Shown piece by piece: positions 28,511-38,491 of a DNA stretch of 64,000 nt. A program made the translations under genes and the position numbers. The notes beneath the pieces were generated by a model. It was not told the DNA's origin and ran no database searches. It saw only the letters and a program-made list of their open reading frames with translations. How positions within the stretch are numbered: the first letter of the stretch is position 1; each line of letters opens with the position of its first letter. Source of the stretch: Rectinema sp. (GTDB lineage: Bacteria > Spirochaetota > Spirochaetia > Treponematales > Rectinemataceae); NCBI GenBank assembly GCA_039680115.1, contig JBDKTP010000012.1, positions 9,978-73,977 of the forward strand, given 5' to 3'.

Positions 28511-29645
28511 ATGCTTGAGGAATTGACAAAACCTATAACGGACTTGCGAGATGAGATTATGAACATCTGGGGGCGTCTTTGACGCACCAGGACTCGAACA
28601 AACCATAAAAGAAAAAGAGGCCATAACAAGCGCCCCAGGATTTTGGGATGATTCAGAAAAAGCAGGAAGGATTTTTTCGCAGATAAAGCAGATACGGGAG
28701 CGAATCGACACATGGAAGAAACTTGTCCAGGACGTTGATGCACTCTTCGAGTTTCAGCAAATGGCTTTGGCAGAGAATCAAGAGGATCTTGAGGCAGATT
28801 TGCGAAGCAGCTATGAAGACATTAAAGCCCGCTTCGATTCGGCTGTTACGCTCGAACTGCTTTCTGGTGAGGCTGACGAGTCAGATGCTTTCCTGTCGAT
28901 CCACTCAGGCTCTGGAGGCACAGAGGCCTGTGATTGGGCCAGCATGCTCTTGAGAATGTACACGCGATGGGCGGAACGAAAAGGTTTCAAGACAGAAACC
29001 ATAGATCTTCTAGAAGCTGAAGGGGGCATAAAGTCTGCCACGCTGCAGATCAGTGGCAGCTTTGCATACGGCTACCTTCGTGGAGAGAGTGGCGTTCATC
29101 GGCTTGTACGTATTTCTCCTTTTGATGCGAATGCAAGAAGACACACATCTTTTGCTTCGGTATATGTGCTGCCGGTCTTGGACGATTCGATCGATGTAGA
29201 AATTCGACCAGAAGACATAAGAATCGACACGTACCGTTCCGGTGGAGCAGGTGGACAAAAGGTAAACAAAACAGATTCGGCAGTACGAATCACTCACCTG
29301 GCAACAGGCATTGTAGTAACATGTCAGAACGAACGAAGTCAGTACAAGAATAAAGACGTGGCAATGAGCGTGCTCAAGAGCCGGCTGTACGACTACTACA
29401 AGCAGGAAAAAGAAAAAGAGAACGCAAAATTTCAAAGCGACAAGAAAGAAATAGCTTGGGGATCACAGATTCGCTCGTACGTATTTCAACCCTACACCAT
29501 GGTGAAGGATCACCGTACTAAGTTTATGGTTGGCAATGTGCAGGCTGTTATGGATGGAGATATCGACCCATTTATCGAGTCTTACCTTCGTTGGAAATGG
29601 CAAGGAGGCACGGCAACCGCCGAAGCAGACGATGAAGAAGTCTGA
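28511..29645 (+). CDS. prfB: Peptide chain release factor 2, with programmed +1 frameshift
   Basis: Frame-0 ORF is ATG 28511 ... CTT TGA (TGA 28580-28582), preceded by the SD-like TGGGGG. Shifting +1 at CTT-T-GAC joins it to the long ORF carrying SPF and GGQ motifs. The ORF track shows only 28761-29645. Confidence 0.95.
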
Positions 29646-29775
29646 GAAGTTGACAGAGAAAATCCGAGGCCAAAACCCTAAAAAAGCCCGGCAGGTGACA
29701 GGGGGAGGGGGGCCCTTAAGGCGCTTTCCTTGGCTAAGGAGTTCTTTATACTCAGCTAGCGCGTCAGGAGGAGTT

Positions 29776-31014
29776 ATGGTAATGCTTCTAGTCGTGCTTG
29801 CCTTGGCCCCGACCTTTGGACAAACCCTTGTGGAAAATGGTCCTGACGCCAACAAGATTTTGACCGCTGGCAACAACAAGAATCAATCGTTTACTATCGG
29901 TCTGGCTCGCTTCGTCCAAGTCAGTGATGCAGATGCGGGCAAAGATCTGGCACTCCAGATTCAGGACCAAGGGCTTGTCGCACTTGTCCAGGCCGCGCAA
30001 AAGGCAGCAGCTTCTGGCTTAGCCTCAAACAAACTCGATACTTCCCTGCCCAACATTCTACAGTCCAGGTTGAATCCTTTGCCCTACATTCGTGCGTCCG
30101 AAGTGGGAACGGCTCCAATTGCTCCCGTACTTTTTGAACAGGGCAGAGACGGTTCGTTCTATGATCCTTCTGCACTTGCGGGTGTAATGAAGGATCGATT
30201 TCTCATTGCAGGCTTTTATTCGATTGCAAAAGAACATATAAATGTTTGGGTTCTTGGCTTTTCTGCAACAGCGGGGAAAACTGGCAGCGGACAAGAAGAT
30301 CGTCAAGAAGCTCACACGGGACAGGCAGCGGGGATATTGCCCAGCTTTAGTTTTTCTGGAACTTTCGAACTTACTAGTTTAGAACGCTATCCTGAAATGT
30401 TCTTGGCCGAAATCCTGAGTTGGATTGCTGGAGAACCCTTGCGGGTAGTGGACGTGGTTGCAGACTCCGCGCTTGTTGTTCCTGAATTGCTTATAGAGCC
30501 AGAGGATCAGGCGGTCGCCTACGCCAGGCAGGCAAGGCTTTTTATTAAGACAAATGCAACAATGTTGCATCCCGTAAAGGTGAGTGCCAAAGGTTATTTG
30601 CCTTTCTATCTAGATGCCCTAGATGCCCTAGATGCCCTAGAAGCCCTTAAGAATGGACCTTCTTACGCAAGAATATCTCCCACCTTGCAGAAAGATCCGA
30701 CTTTCTCTAACCTTGCGGACTCTTTTCAGCCATCTGCGCTCGATTGGCCAGACAAAAAGGCATATAGTAGTTCGCTAGGTAAGTTTCGAACTTATTTAGG
30801 CTACACCGCGGTTGGTGTGCCGATTTCTTTGCTTTGTACCGGATGGTTTGTACAAGAGTACGAAGCCGCATCACGCAGAGGGAGCAATTCTGTGTGGCTA
30901 TACGTGAGCGGAGGCCTTGCGGCCCTCAGCTTAAGTACTACGGTCACTTTCATCGTCAATGCAGGGATAAATTTCTTAGCGAGCACAAAAACCTCGCAGT
31001 CAGGTGGTAAATAA
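29776..31014 (+). CDS. Orphan exported protein with C-terminal double membrane anchor, function unknown
   Basis: AGGAGG SD 5 nt before ATG 29776. Signal-like MVMLLVVLALAPTFGQ. Two C-terminal hydrophobic helices. Internal LDALDALDALEAL repeat. The stop overlaps the ftsY start (TAATG). No family recognised. Confidence 0.7.
   Translation: MVMLLVVLALAPTFGQTLVENGPDANKILTAGNNKNQSFTIGLARFVQVSDADAGKDLALQIQDQGLVALVQAAQKAAASGLASNKLDTSLPNILQSRLNPLPYIRASEVGTAPIAPVLFEQGRDGSFYDPSALAGVMKDRFLIAGFYSIAKEHINVWVLGFSATAGKTGSGQEDRQEAHTGQAAGILPSFSFSGTFELTSLERYPEMFLAEILSWIAGEPLRVVDVVADSALVVPELLIEPEDQAVAYARQARLFIKTNATMLHPVKVSAKGYLPFYLDALDALDALEALKNGPSYARISPTLQKDPTFSNLADSFQPSALDWPDKKAYSSSLGKFRTYLGYTAVGVPISLLCTGWFVQEYEAASRRGSNSVWLYVSGGLAALSLSTTVTFIVNAGINFLASTKTSQSGGK
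30610..30645 (+). repeat. In-frame 9-bp tandem repeat (3 exact copies plus 1 variant)
   Basis: CTAGATGCC x3 followed by CTAGAAGCC, encoding LDALDALDALEA. Confidence 0.95.
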
Positions 31015-31880
31015 TGGGATTTGCTGACAAACTCAAGGCTCTCTTCCGACGCAGCACCTTGGACGACGAGGCCTACGAAGATCTGGCAGACCTTCTCGTT
31101 GAGGGGGACATTGGTGCTGCGTTTGCTTACGAACTTGTTGAATCGCTCAAGAAAAAGTGCCGTCAGGAGAAGATAAGCGATATGGATGGTGCAAGAAGGG
31201 CTTTAAAATCCTTATTGCTGCCATATGCGCGATCTAAGCCGCTTGAACTCACTGAAGGGAAACTCAATATCGTTATGCTCCTTGGAGTGAATGGTGTTGG
31301 GAAAACCACTTCTTGCGCCAAACTCGCCTATTGGGCGAGCAAGCAGCTTCATTCCAACAAGGTGATCTTGGCCGCAGGAGACACTTTTAGGGCTGCTGCA
31401 GCAGACCAACTGAAGATCCACGGACAAAGACTCGGCATTCGGGTTGTGGCGCAAGGTCAGGGAGCTGACGCCGCCGCCGTGCTATGGGACAGCATAGAGG
31501 CGGCAAATGCTGATGGTGCGCGTCTACTTGTTGTGGACACCGCCGGGCGTATGCACACTAGACAGGACCTGATAAAAGAACTCGAAAAGATGAACCGAAT
31601 AGTCGCCCAAAAGGCCCCAGAGGCATGCTATAGCAAAATACTCGTCCTCGACGCAACGACGGGACAGAACGGTATGCGACAGGCAGAAATCTTCAATGCG
31701 GCCGTCTCACTCGATGGAGTTATCCTTAGCAAGTACGATTCTACCGCCAAGGGAGGAATGATCTTAAGCCTGGCAAAAGAATACAATCTGGCCACCATGT
31801 TCCTGGGTACCGGCGAGGCATACGACGATTTTGAAGTGTTTTCGCCGAGTAGATTCCTTGACGAATTATTAGGAATATAA
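31014..31880 (+). CDS. ftsY: Signal recognition particle receptor FtsY (NG domain only)
   Basis: GVNGVGKTT, DTFRAAA, DTAGR and KYDSTAKGG motifs. 288 aa with no acidic A domain. Confidence 0.93.
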   Translation: MGFADKLKALFRRSTLDDEAYEDLADLLVEGDIGAAFAYELVESLKKKCRQEKISDMDGARRALKSLLLPYARSKPLELTEGKLNIVMLLGVNGVGKTTSCAKLAYWASKQLHSNKVILAAGDTFRAAAADQLKIHGQRLGIRVVAQGQGADAAAVLWDSIEAANADGARLLVVDTAGRMHTRQDLIKELEKMNRIVAQKAPEACYSKILVLDATTGQNGMRQAEIFNAAVSLDGVILSKYDSTAKGGMILSLAKEYNLATMFLGTGEAYDDFEVFSPSRFLDELLGI

Positions 31881-31885
31881 ACTGA

Positions 31886-33211
31886 ATGACCTTGAGTTCG
31901 CTCTTCTTCACGGCAAGGCGCTGGGGGTTTTCCTCTAAACGAAGAGCGTCGTCCAATAGGGCTTTTCTTGCCAGTCTTGGAATCGCGGTCGGCGTCACTG
32001 CGCTCATCGTTGTTATGGGTGTGATGGGCGGGCTTCAAAACAGCTACATTAACTCCATCCTCGAAATTTCGAGCTTTCATATTCGCATTGAGACGCCCAA
32101 CGACAAGGTGGTCTCGCAGGGCGATGTCGACCAAACCAGCGATGTCGACCGCATCCTTTCTCGCGTGCGCTCTTTACCCGGCGTTGTTTCTGCAGTTCCG
32201 TTTAAGGAATGTCAAGTTCTTGCCGTAGGACCCACAGGAGACCCAGTGTCGCTTACACTCCGTGCGATGCCCAAAAACACTCAAGAACTTGACCTGGAGC
32301 TTGTTAAGGCTCTTGGCCTCTCAACCATCGACCAGTTTCCCAGGCCGAACGAACTGGCCATTGGTAAAGAAGCAGCGCTCCAATTGGGTGCGCTGGAAGG
32401 TTCTGACGTTGAACTTATGGGCGTCGCCCAGACCCCAGACGAGGGTGTAACTACATTTTCCGGCCACCTTCCCGTAGGGAAGCAGTTTTCTTCTGGTTAC
32501 TACGATTTCGATTCAGGGATGGCATTTGTGAGTACGCCCTTACCTGTAGGGCTGGAAAGAGCTTTTGCTGCCACACCCACCGTGATCGGAATCAAATTGA
32601 AAAACCGCTTTGATGATGCATCCATGGCGGAACAGATTCGGCTGCTACTTCCAAAAACAGGCTACACGCTGACCACGTGGCGGGAGTATAACCGTGGCTT
32701 TTTTGGCGCATTGAGAACGGAAAAAACCGTTATGCTTCTGCTCATAAGTCTTATTTTCTTGGTAGTTGCTATCAATGTGTATCACTCGTTAAGGCGGACT
32801 ATAGCCATGAAACAGACCGACATCGCGACACTTAAAGCCGTAGGAGCTTCTAATAGAGCGATCCGTGCCATTTTTGCGCAAGAGGGCTTCTCTATCGGAA
32901 TACTCGGTGCTTTGCTTGGTTCTGTCTTGGGGGTGGCTGTCACCAGGAATCTAAACTCCATTCTGGGTTGGATGAGCGCTGCTGCAGGGACTGTGAGCAG
33001 TATCTTGGCCTCTTTAGGGTTGATCAACGCAGGTCCCTACGACATGTTCTCATTACAGAGCTATTACCTGGAGAAAATCCCAGTGGATATTTCGGCAGGT
33101 GAAATCGCATTTATTGCTTGCCTTGCGATCGCATCCACAGCAATATCCGCCATATTGGCTTCCCGTCGAGTTTCTGACGCCGTACCATTTGAGGTGCTTA
33201 GGAATGAGTGA
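31886..33211 (+). CDS. LolC/E-like FtsX-family ABC permease
   Basis: N-terminal TM segment, a large periplasmic domain and three C-terminal TM segments. Operon with a LolD-like ATPase. Confidence 0.8.
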   Translation: MTLSSLFFTARRWGFSSKRRASSNRAFLASLGIAVGVTALIVVMGVMGGLQNSYINSILEISSFHIRIETPNDKVVSQGDVDQTSDVDRILSRVRSLPGVVSAVPFKECQVLAVGPTGDPVSLTLRAMPKNTQELDLELVKALGLSTIDQFPRPNELAIGKEAALQLGALEGSDVELMGVAQTPDEGVTTFSGHLPVGKQFSSGYYDFDSGMAFVSTPLPVGLERAFAATPTVIGIKLKNRFDDASMAEQIRLLLPKTGYTLTTWREYNRGFFGALRTEKTVMLLLISLIFLVVAINVYHSLRRTIAMKQTDIATLKAVGASNRAIRAIFAQEGFSIGILGALLGSVLGVAVTRNLNSILGWMSAAAGTVSSILASLGLINAGPYDMFSLQSYYLEKIPVDISAGEIAFIACLAIASTAISAILASRRVSDAVPFEVLRNE

Positions 33212-33899
33212 ATCTTCTTCTGATTTACTGGCAGTACGCTGCAAAGGGCTTTGCAAAACTTTCTTCAGCGAGGCAGAGAATCTCGAAGTTCTTCGCTCGC
33301 TCGACCTCGAGATTCGGCAAGGAGAATCGTGCGCAATAATGGGAGCGTCGGGCTCAGGGAAGAGTACCTTGCTCGCTATACTTGGTGGACTGGAGCGTTT
33401 TGAAAAAGGCGAAGTCTATGTGGATGGCAACAATTTAGGTGCGTTAGGCGAAAAAGATTTGCCAAGATTTCGAAACAAAAGTGTGGGCTTTGTCTTTCAA
33501 TTCCACTATCTGCTCAAGGATTTTACTGCATTGGAAAACGTTGCACTTCCTGCTTATATGTGCGGAGTTTCCAAAAAAGAAGCCTGGGAAAAAGCGGCTT
33601 CGCTTCTTTCAAAAATGGGGCTTTCTAGTCGAGCGGATCATTATCCATCGGAACTCTCTGGCGGCGAACGCCAACGTGCAGCCATCGCGCGTGCTCTTAT
33701 CAACTCTCCCAGAATAATTCTGGCGGATGAACCAACAGGAAACCTTGATGCCGCTAACGCCGAGGCTGTGCGTAGTTTGCTTTTTACGTTGCCGTCAATG
33801 ACCGGGTGTTCGCTCCTCGTGGCCACGCACGACGCAGGTTTAGCTTCCGCTGCAGACAGTATCTATACGCTCAGCTCAGGGAGGCTCGTTCGGCAATGA
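33204..33899 (+). CDS. lolD: LolD-like ABC ATP-binding protein
   Basis: [17 protein letters not shown] and [11 protein letters not shown] motifs. ATG 33204 overlaps the upstream permease by 8 nt. Confidence 0.85.
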   Translation: MSESSSDLLAVRCKGLCKTFFSEAENLEVLRSLDLEIRQGESCAIMGASGSGKSTLLAILGGLERFEKGEVYVDGNNLGALGEKDLPRFRNKSVGFVFQFHYLLKDFTALENVALPAYMCGVSKKEAWEKAASLLSKMGLSSRADHYPSELSGGERQRAAIARALINSPRIILADEPTGNLDAANAEAVRSLLFTLPSMTGCSLLVATHDAGLASAADSIYTLSSGRLVRQ

Positions 33900-35290
33900 A
33901 AGGCGATTGTGCTGGCCTTATATCGAGCCGTTTCTTACTAGGAAGAGCGCCAAAAGGTGCTCGCGACAAGAAGCATTCGAGCGGACTGACAGGAGCCATT
34001 ATTGGCATCGGCATTAGCCTCGTGCCCATAGTGCTTGTTCTGATTGTGTCCAATGGCATGATTCAGGGCATTACGGATCGCTATATGGAAACCAAGACCT
34101 ATCACATCCAGGTTGCGGTACCTTCAAACCTTGACCATGCCTCCATTGCAGAAGGTAAGAAGGCGCTTCTCGATGTGCCAAATGTCAGGAATGTCGTTTT
34201 GGAAACCGATGGCACAGGGATCATTGCTTCGCCCACTGCCACAAAGGCCGTTCTGATCAGAGCGATCGAAGATTCTTATTTTGCAGATCCAGGGACTGGC
34301 GAATACTTAAAGGTCCTTGCGGGAGTGTCAACACCAAAAGGCACCAGGGAGATTGTGCTTGGTGAGGCTCTTGCAAATGAGCTCCATGTGGGGCTTGGAG
34401 ACAGTGTCACCATAATTACCCCTTCCGCGGCGAGTGCTTCGGCATTGAAAAACAGCGACGCAAAGGGGCAAGAGCGCTTTGGTTCTCTTAAATCCGACTT
34501 TGGACTCTACAGTCCTAAACTCACTATTCTTAAGATAAAGGGAATTGTTAGCGCGGGCTATCGAAATCTTGATGCCTCATGGGCTTTTGTGTCGCCCGAA
34601 GCAGGCAGTAGACTTCTTGCTCCAGAGTTTTCAATAAGTTATTTTGGTATAAAGACTAATAATGCATACTCCAATAGTCTTGGCACTACCAGATTGGCAG
34701 TCGAAAAGTCGCTTGACCCCTTGTACCCCAATTGGTTTGAGTCGCGGCTCGTACGGACGTGGCCAGAGATCGAGGTGAATCTCTATAAATCGTTTGGGAC
34801 GACGAAATCGGTACTTATGTTGATCATGATCCTGGCTTTGATTGTTGCGGCGGTGAATCTTGGTTCGGCCCTATCCACTTTTGTGGCAGAACATCGCAAG
34901 GATATTGCAGTCTTGAGAAGCACTGGAGCAGAGGATAGTCTTATAAGACACGTTTTTCTTCGCGCAGGGTTGATTACAGGCGGATTAGGCACAATTGCCG
35001 GTCTTTGTGCCGGACTTGTTGTGGCAATAAACGTCAACGCGCTCATTATGGGACTCGAATGGATTATCAACTTCTTTACAAGGCTCATGGCCGCGATTTC
35101 TGGCACAGCTTTTGTCTCGCTGCGTTTACTTGATCCCTCATATTATCTGGAACGGATTCCGATTATCATAAACTTTGCAGACATCGCCCTTCTTGGGGTT
35201 TTGAGCGTAGGCTTGTGTGTTCTTTGTTCTCTGGTCCCTGCAAGGAAAGCCATTCGTGTGTCCGTACAAGAGCTCATCAGGAAAAACTGA
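33896..35290 (+). CDS. LolC/E-like FtsX-family ABC permease
   Basis: Same architecture as 31886-33211. ATGA overlap with the lolD-like gene. Confidence 0.8.
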   Translation: MKGDCAGLISSRFLLGRAPKGARDKKHSSGLTGAIIGIGISLVPIVLVLIVSNGMIQGITDRYMETKTYHIQVAVPSNLDHASIAEGKKALLDVPNVRNVVLETDGTGIIASPTATKAVLIRAIEDSYFADPGTGEYLKVLAGVSTPKGTREIVLGEALANELHVGLGDSVTIITPSAASASALKNSDAKGQERFGSLKSDFGLYSPKLTILKIKGIVSAGYRNLDASWAFVSPEAGSRLLAPEFSISYFGIKTNNAYSNSLGTTRLAVEKSLDPLYPNWFESRLVRTWPEIEVNLYKSFGTTKSVLMLIMILALIVAAVNLGSALSTFVAEHRKDIAVLRSTGAEDSLIRHVFLRAGLITGGLGTIAGLCAGLVVAINVNALIMGLEWIINFFTRLMAAISGTAFVSLRLLDPSYYLERIPIIINFADIALLGVLSVGLCVLCSLVPARKAIRVSVQELIRKN

Positions 35291-35359
35291 ACCATTCATA
35301 TTATTTTTTTGAAGCGTATGGTATGATAACGAACGTAATAGTGATGTGGAGGACATAAC

Positions 35360-36607
35360 ATGGCCAGAAAAGTACAGGGACAAGCTGTTGAGTTGCCTAA
35401 TGGGAAAAGTGATGCAGCAAAACAGGCTTCGCTGGGTCCCGATCAGATAGAAGGGGAGGGGGGTAAGGCCCTTTCGAATGAAAATACTGAAAAGCGGCGG
35501 GCACTTGAGGCGGCCCGTCTTCAGATAGAGAAACAGTTTGGCCAGGGCTCCATCATGAAGCTCGGTGCGCATGGGACAGTGCAGGGCATCGAAGTTATTC
35601 CTTCCGGATCCATACTTCTGGACGAAGCCTTGGGGATTGGTGGTTATCCGCGCGGCCGTATCGTGGAGATCTATGGGCCAGAATCTTCGGGCAAGACAAC
35701 GCTTGCACTCCACGCCATAGCAGAAGCGCAGAAACTTGGTGGAATAGCCGCGTTTATCGACGCTGAACACGCTTTGGATCCAGGTTATGCAAAGAATCTT
35801 GGCGTTGATATCGATGAGCTTTGGGTTTCTCAACCTGACAACGGCGAGCAGGCCTTGGACATAGCGGAGTCTCTCATACGTTCAGGGGCTGTCGACATTA
35901 TCGTGGTGGATTCTGTGGCAGCTCTGACTCCACAAGCAGAAATAGAGGGAGAGATGGGTGATGCCCATGTTGGCCTTCAAGCCAGACTCATGAGCCAAGC
36001 CTTGAGAAAGTTGGCTGGCACGCTTTCCAAGAGTAAGACGCTTCTCATTTTTATAAACCAGATCCGTATGAAAATTGGCGTAATGTTTGGCAATCCAGAA
36101 ACTACCACTGGTGGTAATGCACTCAAGTTCTACGCCTCTGTACGTCTTGAGGTGCGAAAAGTGGAAACGATCGAAAAGGGCGACGAAGAAGCTATAGGAA
36201 ACAAGGTGCGAGTCAAAGTTGTAAAAAACAAGGTTGCGCCGCCGTTCCGAAAGGCGGAAATGGAGATTATGTTTGGAAAGGGAATTTCCCGATCCGCCTC
36301 GCTCCTGGATGCTGCGGTAAAGTATGGCATAATTGATAAGAAAGGTGCATGGTTTACCTATGGCGAAGAAAAAGTTGGCCAAGGCCGGGAAAACGCCAAG
36401 GCGTATTTGGAATCAAATCCTGACGTAAGCCTAGAGATTGAAAAACTGGTTCGCGCAAGAATGTTCCCTGGTGGATCGACAGGACAAGCGGCAAAAGAGG
36501 CCAAAGAGGGTGTGCCCAGTATTGAGGCTGCCGTAGTCCAAAGCCCTGCAGATACACAAAAAAAAGAGATAGGGCCGGAAGTGATCGGCATCGATGATCT
36601 TTTTTAG
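35360..36607 (+). CDS. recA: Recombinase RecA with about 40-aa N-terminal and about 50-aa C-terminal extensions
   Basis: [23 protein letters not shown], and FINQIR with following residues. GGAGGA SD 7 nt before ATG 35360. Confidence 0.95.
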   Translation: MARKVQGQAVELPNGKSDAAKQASLGPDQIEGEGGKALSNENTEKRRALEAARLQIEKQFGQGSIMKLGAHGTVQGIEVIPSGSILLDEALGIGGYPRGRIVEIYGPESSGKTTLALHAIAEAQKLGGIAAFIDAEHALDPGYAKNLGVDIDELWVSQPDNGEQALDIAESLIRSGAVDIIVVDSVAALTPQAEIEGEMGDAHVGLQARLMSQALRKLAGTLSKSKTLLIFINQIRMKIGVMFGNPETTTGGNALKFYASVRLEVRKVETIEKGDEEAIGNKVRVKVVKNKVAPPFRKAEMEIMFGKGISRSASLLDAAVKYGIIDKKGAWFTYGEEKVGQGRENAKAYLESNPDVSLEIEKLVRARMFPGGSTGQAAKEAKEGVPSIEAAVVQSPADTQKKEIGPEVIGIDDLF

Positions 36608-36634
36608 TTCTTGTAGATAAGGAGACTGTCCGGG

Positions 36635-37144
36635 GTGGAAAACGTATGGTTAGGTCTGGGTTCCAATCTTGGAGACTCTATCGCACTCATTGGTGAGGCG
36701 TTTACGCTTTTGCAACGCGAGATAACAAGGATGGAGATTTCTTCCCTATGGCGATCTCGTGCCCGCTATGTTGAGGACCAACCAGACTTTGTGAATGCCG
36801 TTGTGCAAGGATGGACCGAGCTTGAACCTCAAGAGCTCCTTACGTGTGTCCATGAAATAGAAACAGCGCTGGGACGCGATCGATCCAAAGTTGTAGCCAA
36901 AGGCCCTAGGACTTTGGATATCGATATTTTGCTCTATGGTGACAAAATCATTGCCGAACCTAATCTGGTGATTCCTCATCCGGGCATGCGGGAAAGAAAG
37001 TTTGTCCTTGTACCGCTCTTGAATCTCGATAGCGGCGTAATTGATCCTGTTTCATCGGTGTCTTTCTTGCAATACTGTTCATTGCTTCCGGCACAGGGTA
37101 TTTACCCGATCGCTACCGCTGACTATGATGCAGCGTATCCATAA
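36635..37144 (+). CDS. folK: 2-amino-4-hydroxy-6-hydroxymethyldihydropteridine pyrophosphokinase
   Basis: LGLGSNLGD, GPRTLDIDILLYG and IPHPGMRERKFVL motifs. GTG start with AAGGAG upstream. Confidence 0.9.
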   Translation: MENVWLGLGSNLGDSIALIGEAFTLLQREITRMEISSLWRSRARYVEDQPDFVNAVVQGWTELEPQELLTCVHEIETALGRDRSKVVAKGPRTLDIDILLYGDKIIAEPNLVIPHPGMRERKFVLVPLLNLDSGVIDPVSSVSFLQYCSLLPAQGIYPIATADYDAAYP

Positions 37145-37950
37145 TGAATGTCAGCGTACAGAATTCTGCTTCGGAAAGCACTGCCTACTCGCTTCTAGAA
37201 TCTCCTATTAGCCGCCGAAAATTTAAGCTAAAGGATTTCGAGGGTCCACTGGATCTCTTGCTCTATCTCATAAATCGCAATGATATGAGCATTTACGACA
37301 TTCATATAGCATCTATAACGGAGCAGTATCTCGAGTGTCTACGCGAGGAAGACGAGATTGATCTGGACGAACTGAGTGAGTTCTACAATCTGGCGGCTAC
37401 GCTCCTACTCATCAAGTCGAGGATGCTCAATCCGGCCGCAACCACGAGTCCTGACGATGAAGAAGATCCACGACGTGGCTTAATAGAGAAGTTGATAGAG
37501 TACCAGAAGATTAAGAAACTCTCGTCGCTCATGGAGCAGCGCGAGATGGAAGTTGAGTGGGCTTTGGAACGCTCAACTATGCAGCGCACACTTCCTTTTT
37601 TGGATGAAAAAAACCAGGAAGTTTGGGTTAATTTGGACGCTTGGGACCTCTTAAGGGCTTTTTCCAGCTTGGTACAGAATTTTAACTCCGAGCGTGTGAT
37701 CGATCTTTACGAGGAAGTGTCCATCAACGAAAAAGTCGCTCTTATCAGCAGTCTTTTAGAAAAAAAAGAGTCCTTTTCTTTTCTGGAACTAATCACACGC
37801 CCTCGTTCGGCGCTCGACCTTGCCTGCGCCTTCCTTGCGATGTTGGATTCGGTAAAGGCTAAACGAATATGCATTAAGCAGCACAAGCTCTTTGGTGACA
37901 TTATGATATTCCGTTACCCATCTGGAGAAAACGATGGAACGAACTCCTGA
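37144..37950 (+). CDS. scpA: Segregation and condensation protein A
   Basis: FEGPLDLLLYLI motif. TAATG overlap with folK. Followed by scpB. Confidence 0.9.
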   Translation: MNVSVQNSASESTAYSLLESPISRRKFKLKDFEGPLDLLLYLINRNDMSIYDIHIASITEQYLECLREEDEIDLDELSEFYNLAATLLLIKSRMLNPAATTSPDDEEDPRRGLIEKLIEYQKIKKLSSLMEQREMEVEWALERSTMQRTLPFLDEKNQEVWVNLDAWDLLRAFSSLVQNFNSERVIDLYEEVSINEKVALISSLLEKKESFSFLELITRPRSALDLACAFLAMLDSVKAKRICIKQHKLFGDIMIFRYPSGENDGTNS

Positions 37951-38491
37951 GAACAACATGGCTTTGGTGAGCGCCGTCCTTTTTCTCGAGAGCACTCCTG
38001 TAGACGAGTCGTATTTGGCCAAAGTCACTGGACTCGATCTTGACGATGTTGTGCTTGCGCTTAACCAACTTTGCACTCAAACGTCATTGGCGAATCTAGG
38101 TTTTGAACCCATAAAAAGTGGGGGAGGTTGGGTGCTTGCCCCCAAAGTCGAGATTTGGGAGGAGCTAAAAAATAACTATTCGTCAAAAGGACACACGCGA
38201 TTATCCAAAGCTGCAATGGAAACACTTTCGATAATCGCTTATTCTCAGCCGATTACGCGAGCAGAAGTCGAGTCCATACGGGGTGTGTCTGCCGACACTA
38301 TGATCCGCTTCCTTTTGTCAAAAAACCTAATAAAAGAGGCTGGAAAAAAAGATGCGCCTGGTAAGCCGACGCTCTATGCCACTACAGACGAATTCCTGGC
38401 CTATTTTAAGCTAAATTCTTTGGATGACCTTCCTAAACTGGAAGAAACCGATCTTAAGCGCTTTGAAAAGCACGAGGACGAAGAAGGATGA
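37934..38491 (+). CDS. scpB: Segregation and condensation protein B
   Basis: LSKAAMETLSIIAYSQPITRAEVESIRGV motif. Confidence 0.9.
   Translation: MERTPENNMALVSAVLFLESTPVDESYLAKVTGLDLDDVVLALNQLCTQTSLANLGFEPIKSGGGWVLAPKVEIWEELKNNYSSKGHTRLSKAAMETLSIIAYSQPITRAEVESIRGVSADTMIRFLLSKNLIKEAGKKDAPGKPTLYATTDEFLAYFKLNSLDDLPKLEETDLKRFEKHEDEEG

Noticed and set aside
28270-28743. 157-aa minus-strand ORF across the galM end and the prfB 5' region
   Set aside because: It is antisense to galM and to the frameshift-joined prfB N-terminus, and has no RBS or motif.
35138-36382. Two long antisense ORFs (231 aa and 166 aa) opposite the lolE end and recA
   Set aside because: recA is unambiguous on the + strand. 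The antisense ORFs have no SD and no recognisable motifs, and their Cys/Arg/Phe-rich composition is typical of antisense frames.
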